Source of the DNA: Minisyncoccia bacterium | GTDB taxonomy: Bacteria > Patescibacteriota > Minisyncoccia > Phycocordibacterales > UBA9973 | Length of the DNA stretch: 64,000 bases | NCBI GenBank assembly: GCA_965662335.1 | Contig: CBFIGQ010000045.1 | Coordinates: 1,156-65,155, forward strand | Direction: 5' to 3' | In this document: positions 37,295 to 47,572 of the stretch, piece after piece | How positions within the stretch are numbered: position 1 is the first letter of the stretch | How the letters are laid out: each line of letters opens with the position of its first letter | Translations under genes and position numbers: made by a program | Notes under the pieces: generated by a model | The model's database searches: none | Told to the model about the DNA's origin: nothing | What the model saw: only the letters and a program-made list of their open reading frames with translations

Positions 37295-37696
37295 ATGGCT
37301 ACCACCGACAAGAAAAAATACATAGAAACGATTGGACGACGCAAGACTGCAACTGCTCGCGTACGTATTACTCCGGCAACTAAGGCAAGTTATATTATCA
37401 ATGATCAGGACCTTGCAACATATTTCCCAACTGCTGAACTCCAAAAGATAGTAACTGATCCATTTCGGGTTGCAGAAAAGACATACGCAGTATCAGTACT
37501 CGTAAAGGGTAGTGGTATCCACTCTCAAGCTGAGGCAGTGCGCCACGGCATCGCTCGCGGACTTGTGAAGGAAGATGAAGCTGACAAAACCAAACTCAAA
37601 ACAGAAGGCTTCCTCAAACGTGACCCACGCAGTAAGGAGCGTCGCAAGTTCGGTCTCAAGAAAGCTCGTAAGAGCCCACAGTGGAGTAAGCGTTAG
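37295..37696 (+). CDS. rpsI: 30S ribosomal protein S9
   Basis: C-terminal ...RRKFGLKKARKSPQWSKR signature. Confidence 0.9.
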   Translation: MATTDKKKYIETIGRRKTATARVRITPATKASYIINDQDLATYFPTAELQKIVTDPFRVAEKTYAVSVLVKGSGIHSQAEAVRHGIARGLVKEDEADKTKLKTEGFLKRDPRSKERRKFGLKKARKSPQWSKR

Positions 37697-37757
37697 TTAA
37701 AAGAGTCCCATACCAGGGGGCTTTTTTGTTTTGAAAAAATTAGTATAATGATGCCGT

Positions 37758-38315
37758 ATGAAGGACGAAAACGAAGTTGTACTAGATCCTGAGTTTGTTG
37801 AGTCACATGAGGACGGGGATGAACTTGTGGGTACTGACCAAATCAAGAAACTCAAAGAAAAAATAAAGGAGCTTGAAAAAGAAAAGACCGAGTACCTCGA
37901 CGGCTGGCAACGCGCGCGCGCCGATTACGCCAACCTCCAAAAGACCACAGACGAGGACAAAAAGCGCTTTCGCGAGCACTTTGCCGCACGCTTTGTAGAG
38001 GACTTGCTCCCAGTGATGGATAGTTTTGCTATGGCAATGTCGAACAAGGAGGCATGGGAGAAGGTAGACCAGACGTGGCGCACAGGTGTCGAATATATCT
38101 ACAATCAGCTCATGAACGCGCTCAAAGAGCATAATTTAGAGCAAATAGGTGAAAGCGGTGACACCTTTGACCCCAGCCTCCACGAGGCAGTATCAGAAGT
38201 CGAAACAAACGACAAGCGCTTTGATGGTAAAATAGATAAGGTGCTCCAGCAAGGATACAAGCTTGGAGACTCAGTACTTAGACCCGCCCGAGTTACAGTA
38301 CTCATCTACAAATAA
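37758..38315 (+). CDS. grpE: nucleotide exchange factor GrpE
   Basis: Coiled-coil N-terminus and GrpE core ...WQRARADYANLQKR-like. Confidence 0.85.
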   Translation: MKDENEVVLDPEFVESHEDGDELVGTDQIKKLKEKIKELEKEKTEYLDGWQRARADYANLQKTTDEDKKRFREHFAARFVEDLLPVMDSFAMAMSNKEAWEKVDQTWRTGVEYIYNQLMNALKEHNLEQIGESGDTFDPSLHEAVSEVETNDKRFDGKIDKVLQQGYKLGDSVLRPARVTVLIYK

Positions 38316-38325
38316 GACCCAAAAA

Positions 38326-38348
38326 GAGCCATAAATGGCTCTTTTTGC
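38326..38348 (+). terminator. rho-independent terminator (agagccat-aa-atggctct + T5)
   Basis: Read directly. Confidence 0.6.
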
Positions 38349-38415
38349 ATGTATTGACATATAGATAGATATATGCTATTATGTAGCTAGATTGTAAACC
38401 TTTAAATTATTCTAT

Positions 38416-38880
38416 ATGCGTTCCTTACTAATTTTTATCGGACTTTTTTCACTGGTAAGTTGCCAGAAACCTGCAGTCGATCCGTATGGATATGTAGATC
38501 AGCAACCAAGCGTTGCGTTTACTGCATTACTGAGTCAGACTAATGCATCACCGGATGGAAATATGGATATATATGATCTCATTCTTTCATCCAATATGTA
38601 CATTGGCCCAGCTACGGTAGAGGTGTACTACATCGCTGCGCCGTGTGGTATGTATCCATATCAGGATGTACAGACCATCTATACCACAGTGTACGCTGGA
38701 GATAACTATTTTGCTGAAGTAAAAATTGGCGAGATTACCGCAGTGTTTGTTAACGGTTGCCAAATCTATAATATCTGGCAGGAGAATTATGATGGTAAAA
38801 TTGCCACCGGAAAAACTGCACAAGGCAAGCACATACAGGTGCTACCCAAAAAGTCTGAGAAATTCACGCTCCGTCTCTGA
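38416..38880 (+). CDS. hypothetical lipoprotein
   Basis: Signal peptide with lipobox LVSC. Confidence 0.4.
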   Translation: MRSLLIFIGLFSLVSCQKPAVDPYGYVDQQPSVAFTALLSQTNASPDGNMDIYDLILSSNMYIGPATVEVYYIAAPCGMYPYQDVQTIYTTVYAGDNYFAEVKIGEITAVFVNGCQIYNIWQENYDGKIATGKTAQGKHIQVLPKKSEKFTLRL

Positions 38881-39381
38881 GTCGATAGAGTCAGTGACGA
38901 TGATAAAGACTTCAGTTGCTAAACTGAGGTCTTTTTTTATATTTGAAAAGAGATGTTCAAATGGCTGTTGGCTGATCCAAACACCATTTTTAACGAGTGC
39001 AAAACCTGCCTTTTTGAGGAGATACCGCATTGCGTCGCGCTCGCTTTTGCGATCTTCGGGGAAGTCGAGCATTACGATGCGCCATTTTTTATCCCAGTAA
39101 GGATTGTAAAGGGTATGCTCGTGGTCGAGATGTATACTATGTGACTTGCGGCGACCTTCTGCGGTGAGTCTCGCATAGGTTTGCTGGCCAGAGCTGTGCT
39201 CACTGATAAGGCCGCTCTCGCGCAGGTTACGCAGCGACCGAGTAAGGGCGTAGGATGTCCTGCTTTCGCCTTGTCCCGTGAGCTCTAGGCGCAAAGACTC
39301 GAGTGAGGTGAGGGGCTTAGTAGAGAGGTGCTTGATGATTTTTCGAGAAAAGTCACTTTTGTGTGGTGATTTGCTTGACAT
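38842..39381 (-). CDS. winged-helix transcriptional regulator (PaaX/PadR-like)
   Basis: N-terminal wHTH (...YALTRSLRNLRESGLI...RLTAEGRR) and a C-terminal domain resembling PaaX_C. Divergent from dnaK. Confidence 0.35.
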   Translation of the reverse strand: MSSKSPHKSDFSRKIIKHLSTKPLTSLESLRLELTGQGESRTSYALTRSLRNLRESGLISEHSSGQQTYARLTAEGRRKSHSIHLDHEHTLYNPYWDKKWRIVMLDFPEDRKSERDAMRYLLKKAGFALVKNGVWISQQPFEHLFSNIKKDLSLATEVFIIVTDSIDSETEREFLRLFG

Positions 39382-39498
39382 GCAAAAATACTAGCACTAT
39401 ACTTCTTTTTGTACAAGTATTTTGCGGTCGCGAAATTACTGTTAAAACACCGAAATAGCTGAAAATACTTTTAGAAATTAATTATTTTTGAATTACAT

Positions 39499-41397
39499 AT
39501 GGCAAAAATCATTGGAATTGACCTTGGAACTACAAATAGTGCTGTCGCCATCATCGAAGGTGGCCAGCCAAAAATTATTGAAAACATTGAGGGTGCTCGC
39601 ACAACGCCCTCTATTGTCGCAACTGGCAAAAATGGAGACCGCCTTGTCGGACTTCTCGCAAAACGTCAGGCAGTGACCAATCCAGAGAACACCATCTACG
39701 GTATCAAGCGATTCATGGGTCATAAATACGATGACCCAGGTATCGATAAGGTGATCAAGAGTTCTGCATTTAAGGTATCAAAGGGTACTGACGGCGGCGC
39801 ACTCGTCACCATGAGCGGCAAAGACTATCGTCCAGAAGAAATCTCAGCAATGATCCTGCAAAAGATCAAGGCAGATGTCGAGGCAAAGCTTGGTGAAAAG
39901 GTAACTGAAGCAATCATTACCGTGCCTGCGTACTTTAACGATGCGCAGCGAAAAGCTACCAAGGACGCCGGTGCGATCGCCGGACTTGAAGTGAAGCGTA
40001 TCATCAACGAACCTACCGCAGCAGCGCTCGCATACGGATTTAACTCAAAGAAAAATGAAAAGATCGCCGTATACGACTTCGGTGGAGGAACGTTTGACGT
40101 ATCTATTCTCGAAGTGTCTGACATCGATGATATGCAGTCTATCGAAGTGAAGTCTACTGATGGTGACTCACTCATGGGAGGTCGCGATATTGATCAGAAG
40201 ATCATGCACTGGATTGCGGATGAATTCAAAAAGCAGTCAGGTGTCGATGTGCTCAGCGACCCGCTCGCAAAGCAGCGACTCGATGAAGCCGCAGAAAAGG
40301 CAAAGATAGAGCTCTCAACCACAATGGAAACTGAAATCAATATTCCATTCATCACGAGTACTGACGCAGGACCGCAACACCTCTTGCTCAAAATGACCCG
40401 TGCACAGCTTGAGTCTATCGCAGATGAGTACATCGCTCGATCTATTGAGATCACCAAGCGCGCAGTTGAGGCAAGTCCATTCAAGATGAGCGAGATCAAT
40501 GAAGTCATTCTCGTTGGAGGACAGACGCGCATGCCAAAGATCGTAGAGGAAGTAAAGAAGCTGTTTGGCAAAGAACCAAATCGCTCTATCAACCCAGATG
40601 AAGTGGTTGCGCTTGGAGCAGCAGTGCAAGGTGGTGTGCTCCAGGGTGATGTGCGAGATGTGCTCCTTCTTGATGTGATCCCGCTTTCTCTCGGTATCGA
40701 AACCATGGGAGGTGTCGCAACCAAGCTTATTGAGCGCAACACTACTATTCCATCCTCAAAGAGTCAGATCTTTTCTACTGCGACTGACAATCAGCCGTCA
40801 GTTGAGATCCATATCACGCAGGGTGAGCGTCCAATGGCAGCAGACAACAAGTCTCTCGGACGATTTGTGCTCGACGGTATTGCGCCAGCGCCACGCGGCA
40901 TGCCGCAAATTGAAGTCACCTTTGATGTGGACTCAAACGGCATACTGTCTGTGAAAGCTAAGGACAAGGCAACTGGCAAAGAGCAGTCTATCCGTATTGA
41001 GGCATCATCAGGACTTACTCCAGAAGACATTGAGAAAATGAAAAAGGATGCAGAAATGAATGCAACAGCAGATGCGCAAAAGAAAGAGCTTGCCGATGCA
41101 AAGAACACCGCAGATATGATGATCTTTTCTGCAGAGAAAGCGCTCACTGAGCACGGCGCAAACATTACTGACGAGATCAAGTCAGGCGTCCAGGCAAAGA
41201 TTGACGAAGCAAAGAAAGCTAAAGAGGGAACTGACAAAGCTGCAATGGAAGCCGCAACAAATGCACTTTCTACTGAAATGCAAAAGATTGGTGAACACAT
41301 TCAGAAAAACGCTCCCCAGCCCGAGCAGACAACAGGTGAGCAGTCAGCACCAAAGGATGCCCAAGCGACTGATACGACTGGCGAAGAAACAAAATAG
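39499..41397 (+). CDS. dnaK: chaperone DnaK (Hsp70)
   Basis: [18 protein letters not shown] and the full Hsp70 architecture. Confidence 0.95.
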   Translation: MAKIIGIDLGTTNSAVAIIEGGQPKIIENIEGARTTPSIVATGKNGDRLVGLLAKRQAVTNPENTIYGIKRFMGHKYDDPGIDKVIKSSAFKVSKGTDGGALVTMSGKDYRPEEISAMILQKIKADVEAKLGEKVTEAIITVPAYFNDAQRKATKDAGAIAGLEVKRIINEPTAAALAYGFNSKKNEKIAVYDFGGGTFDVSILEVSDIDDMQSIEVKSTDGDSLMGGRDIDQKIMHWIADEFKKQSGVDVLSDPLAKQRLDEAAEKAKIELSTTMETEINIPFITSTDAGPQHLLLKMTRAQLESIADEYIARSIEITKRAVEASPFKMSEINEVILVGGQTRMPKIVEEVKKLFGKEPNRSINPDEVVALGAAVQGGVLQGDVRDVLLLDVIPLSLGIETMGGVATKLIERNTTIPSSKSQIFSTATDNQPSVEIHITQGERPMAADNKSLGRFVLDGIAPAPRGMPQIEVTFDVDSNGILSVKAKDKATGKEQSIRIEASSGLTPEDIEKMKKDAEMNATADAQKKELADAKNTADMMIFSAEKALTEHGANITDEIKSGVQAKIDEAKKAKEGTDKAAMEAATNALSTEMQKIGEHIQKNAPQPEQTTGEQSAPKDAQATDTTGEETK

Positions 41398-41413
41398 TCA
41401 TAAAAATAAAAAA

Positions 41414-41437
41414 AGCCTATTATTGAGGCTTTTTTTA
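41414..41437 (+). terminator. rho-independent terminator (agcct-attattg-aggct + T7)
   Basis: Read directly. Confidence 0.55.
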
Positions 41438-41600
41438 TTTCCAAAATATGCTATAGTTTACACATGAACAAGAAGCGAAAAATTGCAGCAAAAAAGAATC
41501 GCAAGAAGGACGGCAAGACTGTCTCAATGCGTCACCGATAAGAAGAATTGCCCCATCCAGCGGGCATTTTCTTTTGACAAGTCTGTGGTATAATCCTCAC

Positions 41601-42665
41601 ATGGCAAAAGACTATTACGCAACACTCGGCGTCCAAAAAGGCGCATCAAAAGATGAAATCAAAAAGGCATTTCACAAAATGGCGCATAAGTATCACCCCG
41701 ACAAAAACGGTGGTGACGAAGCAAAGTTCAAGGAGGTAAATGAGGCATACCAGGTGCTCTCAGACGACCAAAAGCGCACGCAGTATGATCAGTTTGGCTC
41801 AGAAGGACCGCAGATGGGTGGAGGCGGACAAGGATTTGGAGGATTTGATTTCAGTGGCTTTGGGCAAGGTCAGCATGGATTTGAATTTGATCTTGGGGAT
41901 ATGTTTGGAGACTTTTTTGGAGGAGGAAGTCGCGCACGGTCGCGCCGTGGGGCAGATCTACAGACCACGGTACAGGTCAGCTTCAAAGATGCCGTGTTTG
42001 GTATTGAGCATTCAATCAAAATTAAAAAGCCTTCTACCTGCAGCACATGCAAAGGAAATGGTGCTGAGCCTGGAACACATCTAGAAACCTGTACGCAGTG
42101 TCAGGGTAAGGGGCAGGTGCGAAATATTCAGCGTACTATTCTCGGATCTATCGCGACAAACGAGATCTGCGATAAGTGTCATGGAACTGGTAAAATTCCA
42201 AAAGTTGCCTGCAAGCACTGCCACGGCCGCGGTGTTGTAAACGAAGAACGCACTATCAAAATAGCTATCCCGGCAGGCATCCAAAATGGCGAGACCCTCA
42301 GACTTGCGGGTATGGGGGAGGCTATACAGGGCGGACAGTCTGGTGACCTGTATGTGCACATCACCGTTGCGCCGCACAAGAGCATACGCCGTGAGAAGTC
42401 TGATTTGGTGACAACGCTCCCGATCAAGCTCACCGATGCGCTTCTCGGTGCGACATATGCAGTCGAGACGCTCGATGGTATGGAGTCGATCACGATCCCT
42501 GCAGGCACTCGCGTCGGCGATAGTGTCACACTTAAAGGTAAAGGTGTCCCAGTCTCAAGCCACAAACGCGGCAACTTCATCATCAAGCTCGACATCAAGC
42601 TTCCCGAGAAACTTTCAAAACATGCAAAGGAGGTGATAGAGGAGCTTAAAAAGGAGGGAATATAA
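41601..42665 (+). CDS. dnaJ: chaperone DnaJ
   Basis: J-domain HPD (KYHPDKN), G/F region, and four CxxCxGxG zinc repeats. ATG 41601 preferred over track TTG 41574. Confidence 0.9.
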   Translation: MAKDYYATLGVQKGASKDEIKKAFHKMAHKYHPDKNGGDEAKFKEVNEAYQVLSDDQKRTQYDQFGSEGPQMGGGGQGFGGFDFSGFGQGQHGFEFDLGDMFGDFFGGGSRARSRRGADLQTTVQVSFKDAVFGIEHSIKIKKPSTCSTCKGNGAEPGTHLETCTQCQGKGQVRNIQRTILGSIATNEICDKCHGTGKIPKVACKHCHGRGVVNEERTIKIAIPAGIQNGETLRLAGMGEAIQGGQSGDLYVHITVAPHKSIRREKSDLVTTLPIKLTDALLGATYAVETLDGMESITIPAGTRVGDSVTLKGKGVPVSSHKRGNFIIKLDIKLPEKLSKHAKEVIEELKKEGI

Positions 42666-42708
42666 AAACCAAGCACATAACTGTACTTGGTAAGCTTTTA
42701 GCAACTTC

Positions 42709-42981
42709 TTAATTTTTAATAATACCCTCTGCGGTATTCCAGTTAACTTTTGTAATATGCAAATAATCCTGACTCGTTAGTTCCCTATCGGGAATTTTTT
42801 TGATTGTGACGATAGTAAAATCATCTGGGTCATCCTTTGTATCTGCTACACAAATCTGAGTACCATATGGATAAATTTTTGCATAGTGAACTTTACCGGT
42901 TTTTTTAATTTCCATGGGCCTATCGGTTGCTGTACGAATATTAAAGCCTTTATGGAGCTTTGAGAGTGATTCATTTGCCAT
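42709..42981 (-). CDS. hypothetical protein
   Basis: ORF track only. Confidence 0.3.
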   Translation of the reverse strand: MANESLSKLHKGFNIRTATDRPMEIKKTGKVHYAKIYPYGTQICVADTKDDPDDFTIVTIKKIPDRELTSQDYLHITKVNWNTAEGIIKN

Positions 42982-43069
42982 TGGTTTTACAATTTGAACT
43001 CATTATAGTCTCTAAAGGTGCTAAGTCAAAGAATGTACAAAAATCTATTTTTTAGTACAATTTGCTCAT

Positions 43070-44527
43070 ATGGCATCGACTGAAGAACTGCGAAATGAAC
43101 GGCTGAAAAAGAAGGCACTACTTGAGTCAAAAGGTATTAATCCATACCCGGCGACTACTGCACGCACTCACCCCATAGATATATTTATTGACGAGTTCTC
43201 ACTTCTTGAGGAGCCCAAGGAAGTTGTCACACTTGCAGGGCGCATCATGAGTAAGCGCGGACAGGGTGGGCTCGCATTTGCAGATATATTTGATGGCACG
43301 GGCACGATGCAGCTCTTTTTAAAGAGTGATGAGATGGACTCCGACCTGTATCAGCTCTGGAATGACACAACTGATGTCGGTGACTTCGTTGAGGCAACAG
43401 GTATTGCATACACGACCAAGCGTGGTGAAAAGGCGCTCTTTGTATCGGGTTGGAGTATGCTTACCAAGTCACTCCTTCCGCTTCCTGAGAAATGGCATGG
43501 CCTCACTGATGATGATGAGCGCTACCGCAAGCGATACCTCGACATCCTCACCAACCCAGAGCTCCGCGCAATGTTTGAGAAGAAGGCGAAGTTTTGGGAC
43601 GTGACGCGCACCTTCATGAAGGAGCACGGATTTATGGAAGTCGAAACGCCGACGCTCGAGGTCACGACTGGCGGTGCCGAGGCCAATCCATTCAAGACAT
43701 TCCACAAGGACTTTGCCCTCGATGTGTTCATGCGCATCTCAGTCGGCGAGCTCTGGCAGAAGCGCCTGATGGCAGCCGGGTTTCCCAAGACCTTTGAGAT
43801 CGGACGAGTGTACCGCAACGAAGGAAGTAGTCCTGATCATCTCCAGGAGTTTACCAACATGGAGTTCTACTGGGCATATGCCGACTATGAAAAGGGTATG
43901 AGACTTGTGGAGGAACTCTATAAGCGTATCGCGACGGAAGTGTTTGGTACGACAACATTTACTACCCGAGGACATACCTTTGACCTAAACGATGAGTGGA
44001 AGAAAATAAACTACGTACAGGAAATAGAGAAACAAACTGGTATCAATGTACTCGATGCCTCAGAATCCGACATGACTGCAAAGCTCGACGAACTCGGTGT
44101 GAAATACACCGGTACCAACAAGGAGCGCCTGACTGATACGCTCTGGAAGTACTGCCGGAAAAATATATCTGGTCCTGCATTTCTCGTGCGCGTACCCAAG
44201 CTTGTATCTCCGCTTGCAAAGTCTGCCTCAGATGATCCTCGTGTGACTGAACGATTCCAAGTACTTATTGCAGGATCTGAAGTTGGAAATGGCTTCAGCG
44301 AGCTCAATGACCCAGTTGATCAGCGCGCACGATTTACACAACAGCAAGAGATGATCGAGCGGGGAGACGACGAAGCGATGATGCCTGAATGGGAATTCGT
44401 CGACATGCTCGAGCACGGTATGCCGCCGACGTGCGGATTTGGATTTGGCGAGCGACTCTTTGCGTTCCTTGTTGACAAACCGCTCCGCGAAACGCAGTTG
44501 TTTCCATTGCTGAAACCAAGAGAGTAG
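43070..44527 (+). CDS. lysS: lysine--tRNA ligase (class II)
   Basis: Class II motifs and the ...FGFGERLFAFLVDKP... C-terminus typical of LysRS. Confidence 0.9.
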   Translation: MASTEELRNERLKKKALLESKGINPYPATTARTHPIDIFIDEFSLLEEPKEVVTLAGRIMSKRGQGGLAFADIFDGTGTMQLFLKSDEMDSDLYQLWNDTTDVGDFVEATGIAYTTKRGEKALFVSGWSMLTKSLLPLPEKWHGLTDDDERYRKRYLDILTNPELRAMFEKKAKFWDVTRTFMKEHGFMEVETPTLEVTTGGAEANPFKTFHKDFALDVFMRISVGELWQKRLMAAGFPKTFEIGRVYRNEGSSPDHLQEFTNMEFYWAYADYEKGMRLVEELYKRIATEVFGTTTFTTRGHTFDLNDEWKKINYVQEIEKQTGINVLDASESDMTAKLDELGVKYTGTNKERLTDTLWKYCRKNISGPAFLVRVPKLVSPLAKSASDDPRVTERFQVLIAGSEVGNGFSELNDPVDQRARFTQQQEMIERGDDEAMMPEWEFVDMLEHGMPPTCGFGFGERLFAFLVDKPLRETQLFPLLKPRE

Positions 44528-44677
44528 TGCGTTCGGTTTCTTGACTTTTTGAAAATAGAGTCAAGCAAGGACCGTCCTTGCTGGACTCAAAAGATCGTTG
44601 ACTTCTCCCAAAACCTCATAGTATACTAGGCATACTATGCAGAAAAGGGATAAAATGCATAGTACAATATACATATT

Positions 44678-45955
44678 ATGCTAAAATCAACTGTTTTCAA
44701 GCAAAAAGAGGATCGAGACAGACTTTTGTCGCTTCCATACATAGAGAGAACCAAGGAGAAAGACATGGAAAAATGGCTCTCTTCGGACTTGATAAAAGTC
44801 ATTCTCGGTCCTCGCCGAGCGGGAAAATCCGTCTTTGCTCTGATGCTTCTCAAAGGGCAGGATTTTGCGTATTTCAACTTCGACGATGAATCGCTTGTCG
44901 ACGAAAAGATTGATCTCGACGAACTCCTTTCGGAACTCAAACAAGTCTATGGAGATACGAAATACATTTTCCTTGATGAAATACAAAACCTGCCGGGCTG
45001 GGAACTATTTGCCAATCGTCTGCACCGAGCAGGATATAATCTCGTACTTACCGGATCAAATGCCTCGCTTCTTTCAAAAGAACTTGCAACGCACCTTACC
45101 GGCAGGCATATTCCGATAGAAATATTGCCATTTGATTTCAAGGAAATTCTAAAAGCGAAACAGTATAAATTCAGAGCAGACAACATGCTTCTGCCTGAAG
45201 AAAAAGCAACACTTCAGGGATATATAATCCAGTACATGACCAACGGAGGGTATCCAGAGGTTGTTATCAAAGACCTCGAACCACGAGGGTATCTTGATAT
45301 GTTTTTTGATTCAGTCCTTTTTAAGGACGTTATCAAGCGTCACAATGTTCGTTTTTCTAAACAGATAGATGGTCTTGGTTCATATCTTATAAACAATGTT
45401 GCAAGCCAGTATACCGCTCGAAAATTGGCCAATGTACTTGCATTCAAAAGCGATGTGACAGTATCAAAATATCTCGGGTATCTCACCGAGGCGTATGTGA
45501 TTTTCTCCCTCGATCGACATTCAACAAAAGCCGGCAGCAGACTTCAATCTCCAAAGAAAACATACGTTGTAGATAATGGTCTTGTTACTGCGAAAGCAGT
45601 CCAGCATTCTCCAAACACTGGCAAGCTGATGGAAAACCTCGTATTCATAGAATTGGTAAAAAGGGGCAATCAGCCAAACCGCGAATTATTTTATTACAAA
45701 ACCCGCAATGATCGAGAAATAGATTTCGTCCGGAAAGAAGGATATAAGGTGGTAGAGCTTATACAGACGTCGTATGATGTGAGCAATCCTGATACCTTAG
45801 GGCGGGAGATAAAAGCGCTTGTCGAGGCCGGAGAGGAACTGGATGTCACAAAACTCACACTAATTACGTGGAATGAAAAACGGGAGGTAGAAAAGGGTGG
45901 AGTGACCATTCAGGTTGTCCCGTTGTGGGAGTGGCTCATGGAGTCGACGCGGTAA
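44678..45955 (+). CDS. AAA-superfamily ATPase (AAA_14 + DUF4143 type)
   Basis: Walker A GPRRAGKS, Walker B IFLDEIQ, and a DUF4143-like C-terminus. Confidence 0.7.
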   Translation: MLKSTVFKQKEDRDRLLSLPYIERTKEKDMEKWLSSDLIKVILGPRRAGKSVFALMLLKGQDFAYFNFDDESLVDEKIDLDELLSELKQVYGDTKYIFLDEIQNLPGWELFANRLHRAGYNLVLTGSNASLLSKELATHLTGRHIPIEILPFDFKEILKAKQYKFRADNMLLPEEKATLQGYIIQYMTNGGYPEVVIKDLEPRGYLDMFFDSVLFKDVIKRHNVRFSKQIDGLGSYLINNVASQYTARKLANVLAFKSDVTVSKYLGYLTEAYVIFSLDRHSTKAGSRLQSPKKTYVVDNGLVTAKAVQHSPNTGKLMENLVFIELVKRGNQPNRELFYYKTRNDREIDFVRKEGYKVVELIQTSYDVSNPDTLGREIKALVEAGEELDVTKLTLITWNEKREVEKGGVTIQVVPLWEWLMESTR

Positions 45956-46099
45956 TCCGCTGTCCAAGACATCATCAACGACCTCGTCGCGCAATACGAA
46001 CGCCTCTTTGGCAAAGCATCACACGAAGTGTGCAAGCATGCAGTGGCGGGGTTGATTACGCAGCTTGGGGAAGGGGAGGTGCCAAAAGCGTGTAGTTGA
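45956..46099 (+). pseudogene. promoter-less 3' remnant of a paralogue of gene 53486-53767
   Basis: In frame directly after the ATPase stop codon. Translation ...DLVAQYERLFGKASHEVCKHAV... matches the C-terminal 45 aa of ORF 53486-53767 (~65% aa identity by eye). Confidence 0.5.
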
Positions 46100-46134
46100 T
46101 GTTAGTCTATGAAAAATCCGTAGGTATGGTATAA

Positions 46135-47568
46135 TTGACTGCAATACTTGCAGGGTTCAGCGGGGTGATCCCTCCTGGGAAAGACTGTGTAGAAGCATAC
46201 AATATGGATTATAGAGCTATTGCAAATACAATAACCACTAGAGCACTTGAATTCTTCGGTAGTCGTTTAGATGCCGTTTTGTTATACGGGTCTACAACTA
46301 CAAAATCTCAAAAACCGAACGACCTTGATCTGATTATTGTTTTAAAAGAAAGGGAGACTATTGGCGATTTTTCTTTTGTAGGAGAACAAATGAAGCACTA
46401 TTCAATAGAGATGGATATTCAAATAATAAATACTTCCGACATTCGAGCTGATTATTTTTCTCATGATTCGCACGGTCAGTTTTTTATAAAGTTCTTACAA
46501 AAAGAGTCACAAGTGCTTTATGGACAAAATCCATTTCTTAATTATTTCCCCAAATACTCAAGTCAAGTGATAAGTGTTTTGCAGAAAGCGCAATATTATT
46601 ATTTTAGAGCAAAAAAGACTCAGGCCGATGATGCTATTAATAGCATTGACAGCAGATTTCATAGGAAAAAATTACTACTTATGCTTGCTGATTTTTGGCT
46701 TATATACAACGGAGAATGTATCAAAATTCAAGATAAAACAGAGCTTGAAAAAGTCGTAGCTGCCTTGACTAAAGTACCTGTAGTTGCAAGCGATATCAAA
46801 TTTTTATTAGAAGAGGGGCAAAATGACGCTCCGTGGAGCGATATTTTTGATATATATCAGAGGTATTATTTTTCTTTTTTGGATATTGTGCAGAAAAGAA
46901 TAACCATCTCATCATTTACTGCCGAGGGTATACATATTGAGTTACGAAAAGTGCCCTTAACAAAAAAACTTGTTATTCTCGCATCCGGCTGGCCAAGTCA
47001 TTATGATGAATCGGAAATAGCTACCTTTTTTGCGATACGAAACTATGACGTTGCAACATTTCATTATCCCGCAACTGGTATGAGCGACAGCATTGCTTTT
47101 GGTGACCCAATAAAAGCACTTTCTGGGGTTATAAAAGCATTTTCTCAAGATCATACATATGATGAAATTGAAATCATTGGGAATAGCTATGGAGGGTATG
47201 CTGTACTGGGTATTGATGAGACTCATCGCATGCTAGTAAATAAAATAATCGCGGTTTCTCCTGTACTCAATTTTCGAGCAGTCAAGGGTATTGAGACTTT
47301 ACCAAATTTCTTATATGAACAAGACAAGCATTGGTATCGATTTGCTCCAGGAGAGTTTGCTGCATTTATTAACGAGACCCCATCAATTACTCAGGCGAGG
47401 GATAAAACATATATAATCCATGGTGTGCACGACGATCAAATTTCAATTTCCGAAATTCAGAGTTTCTGTGATAAAAATAATATTCCGCTTGAAAAGGTAG
47501 ATGCCGGACACCTGTCATTCAACAGGGTAAGCAGGGAACAGTTATATGCGATAGCAAAATTTTTGTAA
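46135..47568 (+). CDS. nucleotidyltransferase (Pol-beta-like) / alpha-beta hydrolase fusion protein
   Basis: N-terminal YGSTTT...NDLDLIIV (minimal NTase G[SG]...D.D). C-terminal GNSYGG nucleophile elbow (GxSxG). Confidence 0.5.
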   Translation: MTAILAGFSGVIPPGKDCVEAYNMDYRAIANTITTRALEFFGSRLDAVLLYGSTTTKSQKPNDLDLIIVLKERETIGDFSFVGEQMKHYSIEMDIQIINTSDIRADYFSHDSHGQFFIKFLQKESQVLYGQNPFLNYFPKYSSQVISVLQKAQYYYFRAKKTQADDAINSIDSRFHRKKLLLMLADFWLIYNGECIKIQDKTELEKVVAALTKVPVVASDIKFLLEEGQNDAPWSDIFDIYQRYYFSFLDIVQKRITISSFTAEGIHIELRKVPLTKKLVILASGWPSHYDESEIATFFAIRNYDVATFHYPATGMSDSIAFGDPIKALSGVIKAFSQDHTYDEIEIIGNSYGGYAVLGIDETHRMLVNKIIAVSPVLNFRAVKGIETLPNFLYEQDKHWYRFAPGEFAAFINETPSITQARDKTYIIHGVHDDQISISEIQSFCDKNNIPLEKVDAGHLSFNRVSREQLYAIAKFL

Positions 47569-47572
47569 GGTT

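Noticed and set aside
37697-37757. CIRCE/HrcA operator upstream of grpE or dnaK
   Set aside because: No TTAGCACTC-N9-GAGTGCTAA-like element was found by eye upstream of grpE, dnaK or dnaJ.
39825-42676. Numerous antisense or overlapping ORFs inside dnaK and dnaJ (for example 40194-40742(-), 40791-41300(-), 42179-42676(-))
   Set aside because: They are fully contained in high-confidence chaperone genes. Their Ser/Ala-rich translations are typical of antisense reading.
44617-44640. Palindrome CATAGTAT-actaggc-ATACTATG upstream of the DUF4143 ATPase
   Set aside because: It is real in the sequence, but it is isolated and has no matching DNA-binding protein nearby. It is probably a promoter-proximal operator of unknown relevance and did not merit a separate finding.
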